NCBI GenBank assembly: GCA_965205505.1
Contig: CBDBHB010000009.1
Span: 1,280,001 to 1,344,000 of the forward strand
DNA from: Acidobacteriota bacterium
GTDB lineage: Bacteria; Acidobacteriota; UBA890; WLXD01
DNA: 64,000 bases
Direction: 5' to 3'
Made by a program: the position numbers and the translations under genes. The notes under the pieces are model-generated. The model saw only the letters and a program-made list of their open reading frames with translations, was not told where the DNA came from and did no database searches. This document shows, in pieces, positions 42,152 through 51,083 of the stretch. Every line of letters begins with the position of its first letter. The first letter of the stretch is position 1.

Positions 42152-42604
42152 ATGCGGTTCACCATCACCGTCAACGGCACCCCCGAGACCGTCGATGCCG
42201 AGCCAGACGCGCCGCTGCTATGGGTGCTGCGTGATCACATCGGGCTCATGGGCACGAAGTTCGGCTGTGGCCTGGGCGTGTGTCGCGCCTGCACGGTGCA
42301 CATCGACGGCGAGCGCGCGCTGAGCTGCCAGACGGCGATCAGCGACGCCGCCGGAGGCGAGGTGACCACCATCGAGAGTCTCGCAGTGATGCGCCACGCG
42401 CTGCTGGATGCCTGGGTCGAGGAGCAGGTGCCCCAGTGCGGCTATTGCCAGCCGGGGATGATCATGAGTGCCGCCGATCTGCTGGCGCGAAACAAGCAGC
42501 CGAGCCGCGCGGAGATCGTCGCGCACATGCAGAACATCTGCCGATGCGGCACCTATCCACGCGTTATCCGTGCCATCCAGCGCGTCGCCGCGGAGTCGGC
42601 ATGA
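42152..42604 (+). CDS. Isoquinoline 1-oxidoreductase alpha-like 2Fe-2S subunit
   Basis: PLLWVLRD, GTKFGCG..C..C, VPQCGYCQ, NICRCGTY. Confidence 0.9.
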   Translation: MRFTITVNGTPETVDAEPDAPLLWVLRDHIGLMGTKFGCGLGVCRACTVHIDGERALSCQTAISDAAGGEVTTIESLAVMRHALLDAWVEEQVPQCGYCQPGMIMSAADLLARNKQPSRAEIVAHMQNICRCGTYPRVIRAIQRVAAESA

Positions 42605-44799
42605 CGTCGCTCGGCGCGGCGAACCGGGGTGGCGAACGACAGCTCACTCGCCGCAACGTGTTGCATACGGCCGCTGGGCTCACCTTCGGCCTGGTGGTCG
42701 CAGCTCCCGGCAACCCGTTTCGGATGGCCGCGGCCGCCGCTGCGACGTCGGAGCCGTTCGTTCCCAACGTCTGGGCAAACATCGCACCCGACGGAACCAT
42801 CACCATCCTCGCCCCCGCCGACGAGATGGGCCAGGGCTCGATGACCGCCTTGCCGATCATCTTCGCCGAGGAGCTCGATGCCGACTGGGACGCGGTTCGC
42901 ATCGAGTTCACCCCGGCGCAAGACGAACACTACGGCAACCCCGGTTACTACGGCCTGCTGATGACCGAGTCGAGCGCTTCGGTGGCCGGCTACTACGACC
43001 TGCTCCGACGTCAGGGCGCTCAGGCGAGGCGTGTCTTGTTGGATAGCGTGGCCTCCCGATGGGGCGTTCCGGTGGAGGAGCTGAACACCGAGCCGAGCGT
43101 TGTGGTGCACGCCAGAAGCGGCCGCCGCATCAACTATGGCGAGGTGGCCGCCACGGCTTCGCTGCCTGCCGCCATGCCCGAGATCAGCGACGCTGACCTC
43201 AAGGACCCGGCTGTCTTCCGGCTCATCGGTCACGATCTGCCGCGGCGCGATATTCCATCGAAGGTTACCGGGGCGGCGCAGTACAGCATCGATGTGAATC
43301 TGCCCGGCATGGTGTACGCGACTGTGGCTCGCGCACCGGTACCGGGTGCCGCGCTGCTGCGCGTCGACGACGAGGCCGCCAGAGCCGTGCCCGGGGTGCT
43401 CGACGTGGTGGCGCTGCCCTACGGCGTCGGGGTGGTGAGCGCCACGTACGAAGGCGCCATCGCCGCGGGTACGAAGCTGCAGATCGAATGGAGCTCCGCG
43501 GAAGGCGACGACTTCGACTCCGATGCGGAGCTCGAGGTGCACATGGAGATCGCCCGCGACCAGCCTACGCTGGCGGTTGAGGGCACGGGGGTAAGCACTT
43601 ACGAGCGGGAATACCGCACCGACTTCCTGTACCAGGCGCAGATGGAGCCGTTGAACGCGGTCGCCCAGGTCACGGACAACGGTCGGAGCGTCGAGATCTG
43701 GGCCGGCACTCAGGCTCCCACACACCTCGTCCACGCCGCCGCGGGCGCCCTCGGAATTCCGACCGACAAGGTCAAGTTGCATCGCATGTTCATTGGTGGC
43801 GGGTTCGGCCGTCGCAGCGACATGGACCATGACTGGGCCATCGACGCGGTGCTGCTGTCTCGTGCTGTCGGCCGGCCGGTGAAGTCGATTTGGACTCGGG
43901 AGCACGACGTCCAGTTCGGTCGCTTCAAGCCGATCAGCGCCCACTGCGTGCGTTGTGGGGTTGACGATCAAGGGAGGATCGTCGACTGGGGCCACCGCAC
44001 TGTCGGAGAGGACGTGATGAGCCGGGCCGATCCTCGCCTGGTCGCCGCGGTGCGAGACGGCACCCCCGAGCAGCACGCGGCGGTCTCCTGGGGTACGGGC
44101 GAGGAGTTTACCTACGACTTCGGACGCGCCTCGCGGCGGGTTCGCCGCCCGATCCCCACTCGCGTCTCTTGGATGCGCGGCGTCTCGTCAGCCCAGCAGC
44201 AGTTTGCTGCCGAGAGCTTCATCGATGAGGTGGCGGTCGCCGAGGGAGTCGATCCGGTGGAATTCCGCTTGCGGTTCCTGCTATCGGAGCAGGCGCGCAA
44301 GGTACTGCGAACCGTGGCCGACATGGCGAGTTGGGAATGGCGCGGCGAGCGAGCGCTGGGCGTTGCCTACACGCCCTCCTTCGGAACGATCATGGCGACG
44401 ATCGCCGAGGTCACGCTCGACGAGCAACGCGGCGCAATCCGCGTGCCGAACGTCTGGATGGCCGTCGACCTCGGTATCGCGGTGCAGCCGAGAAACGTCG
44501 TCGGCCAAATCGAGGGCGCCGTCATCTACGGCGCCAGCAACGCGTTGTACGAGCGCATTACGATGAAGAACGGGCGCGTCGAGCAGTCGAACTTCCACGA
44601 CTACGCCGTGATGCGAATGACCGACGCTCCCGAGACTCATGTCGAGCTGATCGACAGCGATCGCCCCCCCACGGGCATCGGCGATCGTGCGGTGCTCGGT
44701 ATCGCCCCGGCCATCGCCAACGCCTTCGCCGCCCTGACGGGTCGTCGCGTGTGCCACATGCCGATGAACCGTCAGCGTGTCCGGGAGGCGCTAGCCTGA
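42601..44799 (+). CDS. Isoquinoline 1-oxidoreductase beta-like molybdopterin subunit (Tat)
   Basis: LTRR, EMGQG, AEELD, MEP.N, GGGFGRR, ESFIDE, NFHDY; ATGA overlap with the alpha gene. Confidence 0.88.
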   Translation: MTSLGAANRGGERQLTRRNVLHTAAGLTFGLVVAAPGNPFRMAAAAAATSEPFVPNVWANIAPDGTITILAPADEMGQGSMTALPIIFAEELDADWDAVRIEFTPAQDEHYGNPGYYGLLMTESSASVAGYYDLLRRQGAQARRVLLDSVASRWGVPVEELNTEPSVVVHARSGRRINYGEVAATASLPAAMPEISDADLKDPAVFRLIGHDLPRRDIPSKVTGAAQYSIDVNLPGMVYATVARAPVPGAALLRVDDEAARAVPGVLDVVALPYGVGVVSATYEGAIAAGTKLQIEWSSAEGDDFDSDAELEVHMEIARDQPTLAVEGTGVSTYEREYRTDFLYQAQMEPLNAVAQVTDNGRSVEIWAGTQAPTHLVHAAAGALGIPTDKVKLHRMFIGGGFGRRSDMDHDWAIDAVLLSRAVGRPVKSIWTREHDVQFGRFKPISAHCVRCGVDDQGRIVDWGHRTVGEDVMSRADPRLVAAVRDGTPEQHAAVSWGTGEEFTYDFGRASRRVRRPIPTRVSWMRGVSSAQQQFAAESFIDEVAVAEGVDPVEFRLRFLLSEQARKVLRTVADMASWEWRGERALGVAYTPSFGTIMATIAEVTLDEQRGAIRVPNVWMAVDLGIAVQPRNVVGQIEGAVIYGASNALYERITMKNGRVEQSNFHDYAVMRMTDAPETHVELIDSDRPPTGIGDRAVLGIAPAIANAFAALTGRRVCHMPMNRQRVREALA

Positions 44800-44853
44800 C
44801 GTAGGCTGGAAGGTTAGCCTGGCCCTTTCTGAACCCCTGCTGACGAGGACCTC

Positions 44854-45513
44854 ATGCGCCCGCCTCGAGTTGCCGTTACCTTCGCCGTCGCCGCCATCGC
44901 CATCGCTGTTTTCGCTCTCACTGTGACCTCCGCGCCGGCGCAGGTAGGCATCAACCAGAGCCTGCTCAACCCGAACCTGGCCACCGAGCAGGAGCTCGCC
45001 GCGGTGCCGCACGTTGGTGTCGACGGCGCCGCGACCATCATCGGCGGAAGACCTTGGGTGAGCGTCGCAGCGCTCGACACGGCGATCGGCGGCGGGCTGA
45101 GCGACGAGCAGCGCGATGACGTCTACTCGCGTCTCTGGCTGCCAATCAACCTGAACGACGTGACCGACGCCGAGATTCAGCTGATTCCCGGGGTCGGCCC
45201 CCGTATCGCGCACGAGTTCGAAGAGTCCCGGCCGTATGCGGCGCTGCCGCAGTTTCGTCGAGAGATCGGCAAGTATGTCGACGACGACGAGGTCGCACGC
45301 CTCGAGCAGTACGTCTTCGTGCCGCTAGACCTGAACTCGGCCTCCGCGGAGCAGCTCGCAACGATTCCGGGAATTGGTCCGCGAATGATCCACGAGTTCG
45401 AGGAGTACCGTCCCTACGTGGCGATCGAGCAGTTTCGTCGGGAGATCGGTAAGTACGTCGACGACGACGAGGTGGCGCGCTTCGAGCGCTACGTGGTCGT
45501 CGAAGGCCACTAG
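44854..45513 (+). CDS. Secreted ComEA-like helix-hairpin-helix repeat protein
   Basis: Signal peptide; three HhH-like units (VPHVG, IPGVG, IPGIG); 60-aa internal duplication. Confidence 0.75.
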   Translation: MRPPRVAVTFAVAAIAIAVFALTVTSAPAQVGINQSLLNPNLATEQELAAVPHVGVDGAATIIGGRPWVSVAALDTAIGGGLSDEQRDDVYSRLWLPINLNDVTDAEIQLIPGVGPRIAHEFEESRPYAALPQFRREIGKYVDDDEVARLEQYVFVPLDLNSASAEQLATIPGIGPRMIHEFEEYRPYVAIEQFRREIGKYVDDDEVARFERYVVVEGH

Positions 45514-45702
45514 TGGCCTGTAACAGATGATCGTTGCGTATCGTGGTGGCGAAATGGGTCCGGATGCCAGGCGCGACGACGAGACGATGTTTGCCCATCT
45601 TGGAGGAGGAGCAACGCCGCAGACGGGCCGATTTCGCAGCCATCCTGCGGACAGATGGGCAGTTGCGGGCGATATCGGCGTTGCGCCTCGTCGACGATGC
45701 CC

Positions 45703-45987
45703 CGGCAGGTCGTGGTGGAAGTGTGATGGGTCTGGTTACGCCGCCAAGGGCGCAGATCCAAGGCGCCGCGTCGCCGGCGATGCCCGTGCGCATCGTCTAG
45801 GAGCGGCAACGCCGGAGACGCGCCGTTGGCGGCGTAACCCGTAGGGCATAGGGCAAGTGGGAGTCACGGGCGATGGCGGCGTCTCTCCTCCTCGACGATG
45901 GCTCCAACATCGCCTCGTCGTCGATCCTTGCCCTAGCCCGTGAGTCCCACTTGCCAGACCCACCACACTTCCATCACGGCCTGCTAG
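45703..45987. repeat. Nested palindromic element B
   Basis: Left arm gcaggtcgtggtggaagtgtgatgggtctgg + caagtgggagtcacgggc pairs with right arm gcccgtgagtcccacttgccagacccaccacacttccatcacggcctgctag; absent from the 59.3-kb copy. Confidence 0.75.
45734..45839. repeat. Nested palindromic element C inside the left arm of B
   Basis: ggttacgccgccaagggcgc ... gcgccgttggcggcgtaacc (19/20 inverted match). Confidence 0.7.
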
Positions 45988-46080
45988 CATCGCCTTCCTC
46001 GCCGCGCCTTGATCTCACCCGCAAATCCCATCTGCGATAGGCAACGATCATCTGCTACAGGCCACTTCTATGAGAAGGCC

Positions 46081-46326
46081 TAGTTCGGTCAAGGGCAATG
46101 TGGTGCCCAGCGAAGAATCGATCTGCACGCCATGCTCCTATTCGCACTCTGGTGGACGAGGATTCAGGTCGTCCGGTGCATTCTGGGGTCCGTCCCGATT
46201 CGAGGCGCTGCAATCTAGCTGCCGAGCTCGAAGCTCGTAGTGACCTTCGCAGTCGCCCGGACCGGGCGGTCAGATCGATAACCGTTGGGTCGCGTCGCCC
46301 TACCGACCTCCTGGTTGCGGGTTAGT
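46081..46326 (-). ncRNA. Putative bridge/seek RNA of the IS1111 element
   Basis: Position typical of IS1111; stem-guide-hairpin-guide-stem at 46205-46256 with guide AGGUCACUA resembling target AGGCCACTA. Confidence 0.65.
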
Positions 46327-47373
46327 TCATGCTGCTGAAACCTCTACAGGTGCGCGCAACGGTTCGTACTCGTCTCCACTCAGCCACAGTCGGTGCAGCA
46401 CAACGGCGAGCTTACGGGCGACAGCAACTGCTGCCTTTTTGTTGCCATGAGGACCACCGCGTCCGGCCAGCTTGAGCCCCCAGCGTCTGAGCTCAGTATC
46501 GGGCCCGAAGGGGCCCAGGATGTAATGCGCCGAGCCCACCAACAGGCGTCGGAGCATTTTGTCGCCCGCCTTGGTTATTCGTAGCGCAGGGTCCTTGTCC
46601 CCCGACTGCCGTTTCTTCGGTCTCAGTCCCAGGTACGGGCCCACGGCTCTGGAGGTATTGAACCGCTCCGGCTCCTCGAGCGTCAGCACATACGCCAGTG
46701 CGGTCAGAGCTCCGACCCCGGCCACTTGCTGGAGCTGCTGTGTCTCCGGGTATCGCCCCTGGCACAGCTGCGCGATCTGACGCTCGTATTGCTGGATGTT
46801 GCCCGTCAGCATGGCGATCGTTTCAAGCACCGGCTCGAGCGCTCCCTTGAGCCGCTCCGGTATGTGCTCTGGCGCGGTGCGCGCGAACGCCGGCGTCGAG
46901 CACCTGGGAATACGACAACCGGCCGACTTGACCGCACCACGCACATGGCTCACCAACTGCGTGCGGCTCTTTACCAGAGCATCTCGGCTCCGAATCACGG
47001 CTAGATCCGCTCGCGCTTGTCTGCCTCGATGCTGCACCGTCTTAAGCAGCTTTGGGTCCATTCTGCCCACTCGTGCCAGGTGCTCGGCATCCAACCGGTC
47101 GGTCTTGTCGTGCTCGCCATAGATCAGCTTCAGCCGCCTCGGGTTAGCCACCAGCACCTCATGACCCAGTTGCTTCAACTGCTCACTCATCCACGGCGAG
47201 TGCGTTCCAACCTCCAGCACTACTCGAGCGGGCTCCTCGCACCCGAACCGCCTCGCCAGCCCCTCCGGGCTCGTCCTCACCCGCCCTTCCTCCATCACCC
47301 TGCCCTTACTGTCGAGCACGCACATACGGCTGTACCGGTCGCTTACGTCCAGTCCAATCGTTACACTCCTCAT
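46327..47373 (-). CDS. IS110-family transposase/recombinase
   Basis: GLDVS, VLEVG, KTDRLDA (DEDD RuvC-like), GVG..TA, YLGL.P...QSG serine motif, AVARKL. Confidence 0.95.
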   Translation of the reverse strand: MRSVTIGLDVSDRYSRMCVLDSKGRVMEEGRVRTSPEGLARRFGCEEPARVVLEVGTHSPWMSEQLKQLGHEVLVANPRRLKLIYGEHDKTDRLDAEHLARVGRMDPKLLKTVQHRGRQARADLAVIRSRDALVKSRTQLVSHVRGAVKSAGCRIPRCSTPAFARTAPEHIPERLKGALEPVLETIAMLTGNIQQYERQIAQLCQGRYPETQQLQQVAGVGALTALAYVLTLEEPERFNTSRAVGPYLGLRPKKRQSGDKDPALRITKAGDKMLRRLLVGSAHYILGPFGPDTELRRWGLKLAGRGGPHGNKKAAVAVARKLAVVLHRLWLSGDEYEPLRAPVEVSAA

Positions 47374-47500
47374 CGGCCAACCTCCTTGGGCTTCGAGCCC
47401 GTTACGTTTGAAGAAACGTTTGCAGAGCCGTCAGGCTACTGCGTTCAGGAGGTTGGCCTTCTCATCTCATCTAGAGCTTGCCCCCATCTCGACCCAGCAA

Positions 47501-47531
47501 TATGCAACGAACCTCTGTTACAGGACACTAG
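47501..47531. repeat. Degenerate element-A terminal repeat
   Basis: tatgcaacgaacctctgttacaggacactag versus consensus tatgcaacgatcatctgttacaggccactag. Confidence 0.6.
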
Positions 47532-47535
47532 CTCG

Positions 47536-48015
47536 ATGGTCCGACCGGCTCCTGCAGGTGGCGCCGGGATCACGAACGGCGTTGCCACGGCTGGCGGGCT
47601 TCGTCGTGGTGTGCTCGCGATCCTCCTGTTCGGCAGCATCGGGGTGCTCATCGAGCTGTTGCTGATAGGGCATACGGAGGACTGGTGGCAGATACTTCCG
47701 CTGGCCTTGCTCGGTGGCGTCATCGTCGTCGCCACGGCTGCTTGGTTTGCTTCCAGTGGCGCCGTGCTGTTGACGTTGCGCGTGCTGATGTGGGCTTGCG
47801 TGCTGAGCGGCGCGACGGGCCAGTGGCTGCACTATTCAGGCAACGCCGAGTTCGAACGGGAGATGTATCCGAACATTGCCGGGGTGGAGCTGCTGCGGGA
47901 GTCGATGAGCGGCGCCACCCCGGTGCTGGCCCCCGGAACGATGACCGTGATCGGTCTGCTGGGCCTGGTGTTCTCCTGGCGGCACCCCTCCTCGAAAGCT
48001 GGAGTTGAACCATGA
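47536..48015 (+). CDS. Hypothetical membrane protein
   Basis: Four hydrophobic segments, conserved-looking H..N.EFE.E and GATPVLAPG. Confidence 0.65.
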   Translation: MVRPAPAGGAGITNGVATAGGLRRGVLAILLFGSIGVLIELLLIGHTEDWWQILPLALLGGVIVVATAAWFASSGAVLLTLRVLMWACVLSGATGQWLHYSGNAEFEREMYPNIAGVELLRESMSGATPVLAPGTMTVIGLLGLVFSWRHPSSKAGVEP

Positions 48016-49317
48016 GCATGAGACGTATTGCCCCTGTCGTTCTTGCCCTTGCCGCCACCCTGCCTGCGGTGAGTCTCGCTCAGGGTGGAGGGGCGGTGCT
48101 CATTCGGGCCGAGCGCCTGATCGATGGGCTAGGCAACGTCATCGAGCCCGGCCGGATCCTGATCGAGGGAGAGCGGATAGTCTCGGTTGGCCCGGAGCTT
48201 ACGGCGCCGGCTGGCACGCGGACAATCGATCTCGGGGACGCCACCATCCTTCCGGGCCTGATCGATTTCGCACACGCACCTCACCTCCGAGGTCGGGGTG
48301 CACTGGGAGGAGGTGCTGATCACCACGACTCCTGGTGAGTCGGCGTTGTACGGGGCCGCCAACGCGCTAGCGACGCTGCGTGCGGGTTTCACGACGGTTC
48401 GCGACATGGGCCCGGAATGGCCGTACACCGACGTCGATCTTCAGAAGGTGATCGACGCCGGTGTGCTCCCGGGACCGCGCATGCAGGTCGCGGGCAATTA
48501 CGTTTCGGCCACGGGCGGGGCGGGGGATGCGCGTCAGTTCTCCATCTACGTTGACGTGCCGACGGTGCGCAACCTTGCCGACGGCGTCGACGCTGTACGT
48601 GCCATGATTCGAACCAACTTCAAGCACGGCGCCAATTTTACCAAGATCCTCGCCACCGGCGCGGTGCTGTCGCGTGGGATTTCCCCAGGTGCTCAGCAGT
48701 ACTCTGACGAGGAGTTGATCGTCGCAGTGGAGGAGACAACCCGCCGGGAAGGGTTCGTTGCGGCCCACGCCCACGGGGCCGAGGGCATCAAGGCGGCCAT
48801 CCGTGCCGGGGTGCGCACCAGCGATCACGGCTCGATGCTGGACGACGAGGGCCTGGAGATGCTCGCCGCCAGCGACTCCACCTTCTACGTTCCGACCCTG
48901 TACGTCGGCGTGATCATTCCGCGCGACGGACCCAGCCTGGGAATTCCGCAGGACCAGATCCAGCGATCGCTGGAGATGATGAGGTTCCGCAATGCGACCT
49001 TCCGTCGCGCCGTGGAGCGCGGGCTGACGATCGGGTTCGGTACCGATGCCGGCGTCTTCGAGCACGGACACAACGCGCGCGAGTTCCAGGAGCGCACCGA
49101 GAACGGTGAGAGCGAGCTCGACGCGATCACCTCGGCCACCAGCGTGTCGGCGATGATAATGGGCTGGGAAGACCGAGTGGGCAGTCTCGAGGTCGGCAAG
49201 CTTGCCGACGTGATCGCGGTGGCCGGCAACCCGCTCGACAACATCACCGTGATGGAGCGCGTGATGTTCGTGATGAAGGGCGGCGAGGTCTACCGGAACG
49301 ACGGCGAGTCGCGCTAG
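48012..49317 (+). pseudogene. Xaa-Pro dipeptidase-like amidohydrolase, one-base frameshift near 48267 (possibly an error)
   Basis: ILPGLID then HTH in another frame; AGFTTVRD, AHAHG, FGTDAG, GKLAD. Confidence 0.8.
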
Positions 49318-49343
49318 CACAGGGCGCGGCGAGTCAGATGGAA

Positions 49344-51011
49344 TCAGGACGCCGCCGCGTGTGTGTGAAAGGGGGCCGTGGAGGGCTCCAGCAGCGTATC
49401 TCCGCGGATCATGTCGGCGGCCTTCTCGGCGATCATCAGCACCGGTGCGTAGATGTTGCCGTTGGTGATGGACGGCATGGCTGACGCGTCCACCACGCGA
49501 AGGCCGTCCAGGGCGTGCACCCGTAGCTCGGCGTCGGTCACCGCGCCATCGTCCGCACCCATACGACAGGTACAGCACGGATGGTAGGCGCTCTCGCCCT
49601 CGCGGGCGACGAAGCTCAGGATGTCCTCGTCCGTCTCGACCTCGACGCCGGGCACCAGCTCCTCACCCCGGAGCGGCTCGAGGGCCGGCTGGTTCATGAT
49701 GTGGCGCGCGCAGCGTATGGCCTCCACCCACTCGCGCCGATCCTGCTCCGTGGAGACATAGTTGAAACGAATGGAAGGATGCTCGTCCGGATCGGAGGAG
49801 CGGATCCGCACCCACCCGCGTGCGTCGGAAAGGGTGGGCCCCACGTGTACCTGGTAGCCGTGGCCCGAGTTAGGGGCCGAACCGTCGTAGCGGATAGCGA
49901 TGGGAAGGAAGTGGAACTGCACGTTGGGAATGTCTACCTGGTCGTTGCTTCGGATGAAGCCGCCAGCCTCGAACTGGTTGCTGGCGCCGATACCGCGGCG
50001 GCCGAAGAGCCACTTGGCGCCGATCCATGGCTGGCGCCACCAGGCCAGCGCCGGGTAGAGGCTTACCGGCTGGGTGCAGGCGTACTGCACGTAGACTTCC
50101 AGATGATCTTGGAGAGTCTCGCCCACCCCGGGTAGGTCCTGGATCACCTTGATTCCCAGTCGCTTCAGTCGGTCGGCGGGACCCACGCCGGAGAGCTGCA
50201 ACAACTGGGGCGAGTTGATGGCGCCGCCGCAGCAGATGATCTCGTTGCCGTATGCGGCATGTTGCTGCCCGCCGTGCCGGTACTCGACACCTACCGCCCG
50301 ACGTTCGTCGAAGAGGATGCGCGTGGTGAGCGCCCGGCACTTCAGGGTGAGGTTCTTGCGGCGCTTGATCGGGTGGTAGTAGGCGCGAGCGGTACTCCAG
50401 CGGCGTCCCCGGTAGGTGGTGCGGTCAAAGCCCGAGAAGCCCTCTTGCTGGAAGCCGTTGACATCCTCAGTCAGCGGGTAACCGGCTTGCTGCGCCGCCG
50501 CGAAAAAGGCCTCGACGAGCGGGCCGTCGCATCTCGGCGTGGTAAGAAACAGCGGCCCCGAATCGCCGTGGTAGGTGTCGGCGCCGGACAGCCGGTGCTC
50601 CAGGCGGCGGAAGTAGGGCAGGCAGTGCGCAAAGTTCCAGTCTGCCAGCCCCGGTTCGCGCCCCCATCTCTCGTAGTCGAGCGGGTTGCCACGGATCCAG
50701 ACCATGCCATTGATGGAGCTGGAGCCGCCGAGCACTTTCCCCCGCGGTTGGTATATCCGCCGTCCACCCATGCCGGGCTCCGGACCGGACTCGTACCACC
50801 AGTTGTACGTGTGCCCAGCCAGCGGCCACGCCAGGGCAGCCGGCATGTGGATGCGAAAATCCCAGCGATGGTCCATCGGCCCCGCCTCCAGCACCAGCAC
50901 CCGCGCGGAGGGATCTGCGCTGAGGCGATTGGCCAACACGCATCCGGCCGAGCCACCGCCGACGATGACGATGTCCCAGGTTGTTTCTTTGCTCGGCGTG
51001 CGCTCAACCAC
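49344..51011 (-). CDS. betA: Choline dehydrogenase (GMC oxidoreductase)
   Basis: GGGSAG, IHMPAAL, RGKVLGGSSSINGM, QDHLEVYVQ, ESAYHP, GNIYAP. Confidence 0.9.
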   Translation of the reverse strand: MVERTPSKETTWDIVIVGGGSAGCVLANRLSADPSARVLVLEAGPMDHRWDFRIHMPAALAWPLAGHTYNWWYESGPEPGMGGRRIYQPRGKVLGGSSSINGMVWIRGNPLDYERWGREPGLADWNFAHCLPYFRRLEHRLSGADTYHGDSGPLFLTTPRCDGPLVEAFFAAAQQAGYPLTEDVNGFQQEGFSGFDRTTYRGRRWSTARAYYHPIKRRKNLTLKCRALTTRILFDERRAVGVEYRHGGQQHAAYGNEIICCGGAINSPQLLQLSGVGPADRLKRLGIKVIQDLPGVGETLQDHLEVYVQYACTQPVSLYPALAWWRQPWIGAKWLFGRRGIGASNQFEAGGFIRSNDQVDIPNVQFHFLPIAIRYDGSAPNSGHGYQVHVGPTLSDARGWVRIRSSDPDEHPSIRFNYVSTEQDRREWVEAIRCARHIMNQPALEPLRGEELVPGVEVETDEDILSFVAREGESAYHPCCTCRMGADDGAVTDAELRVHALDGLRVVDASAMPSITNGNIYAPVLMIAEKAADMIRGDTLLEPSTAPFHTHAAAS

Positions 51012-51083
51012 CGGCCGACTCTATCAAGCTCGGAGCCCGTTGGCGCATTGTTGCCCGTGCGGCGCGCCGCACCGGCTGCGGGG

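Larger units (their letters stand above)
45510..46066. mobile_element. MITE-like element A, copy 1, with nested inserts
   Basis: About 34-bp TIR CTAGTGGCCTGTAACAGATGATCGTTGCGTATCG; 45510-45702 and 45987-46066 match the reverse complement of 59279-59556. Confidence 0.85.
46067..47470 (-). mobile_element. IS110-family element, IS1111 subgroup
   Basis: Sub-terminal 11-bp IRs atgagaaggcc (46070-46080) and ggccttctcat (47455-47465); CT core on both sides (46065-66, 47471-72); long non-coding region downstream of the transposase. Confidence 0.9.

Noticed and set aside
45510-46066. CRISPR array or small ORFs (45510..45809, 45527..45844, 59279..59539 and others)
   Set aside because: There are no direct repeats with unique spacers; the ORFs are chance frames inside inverted-repeat elements.
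47017-47535. N-terminal extension of ORF 47017..48015
   Set aside because: It overlaps the IS on the antisense strand; the real gene likely starts at or after 47536.
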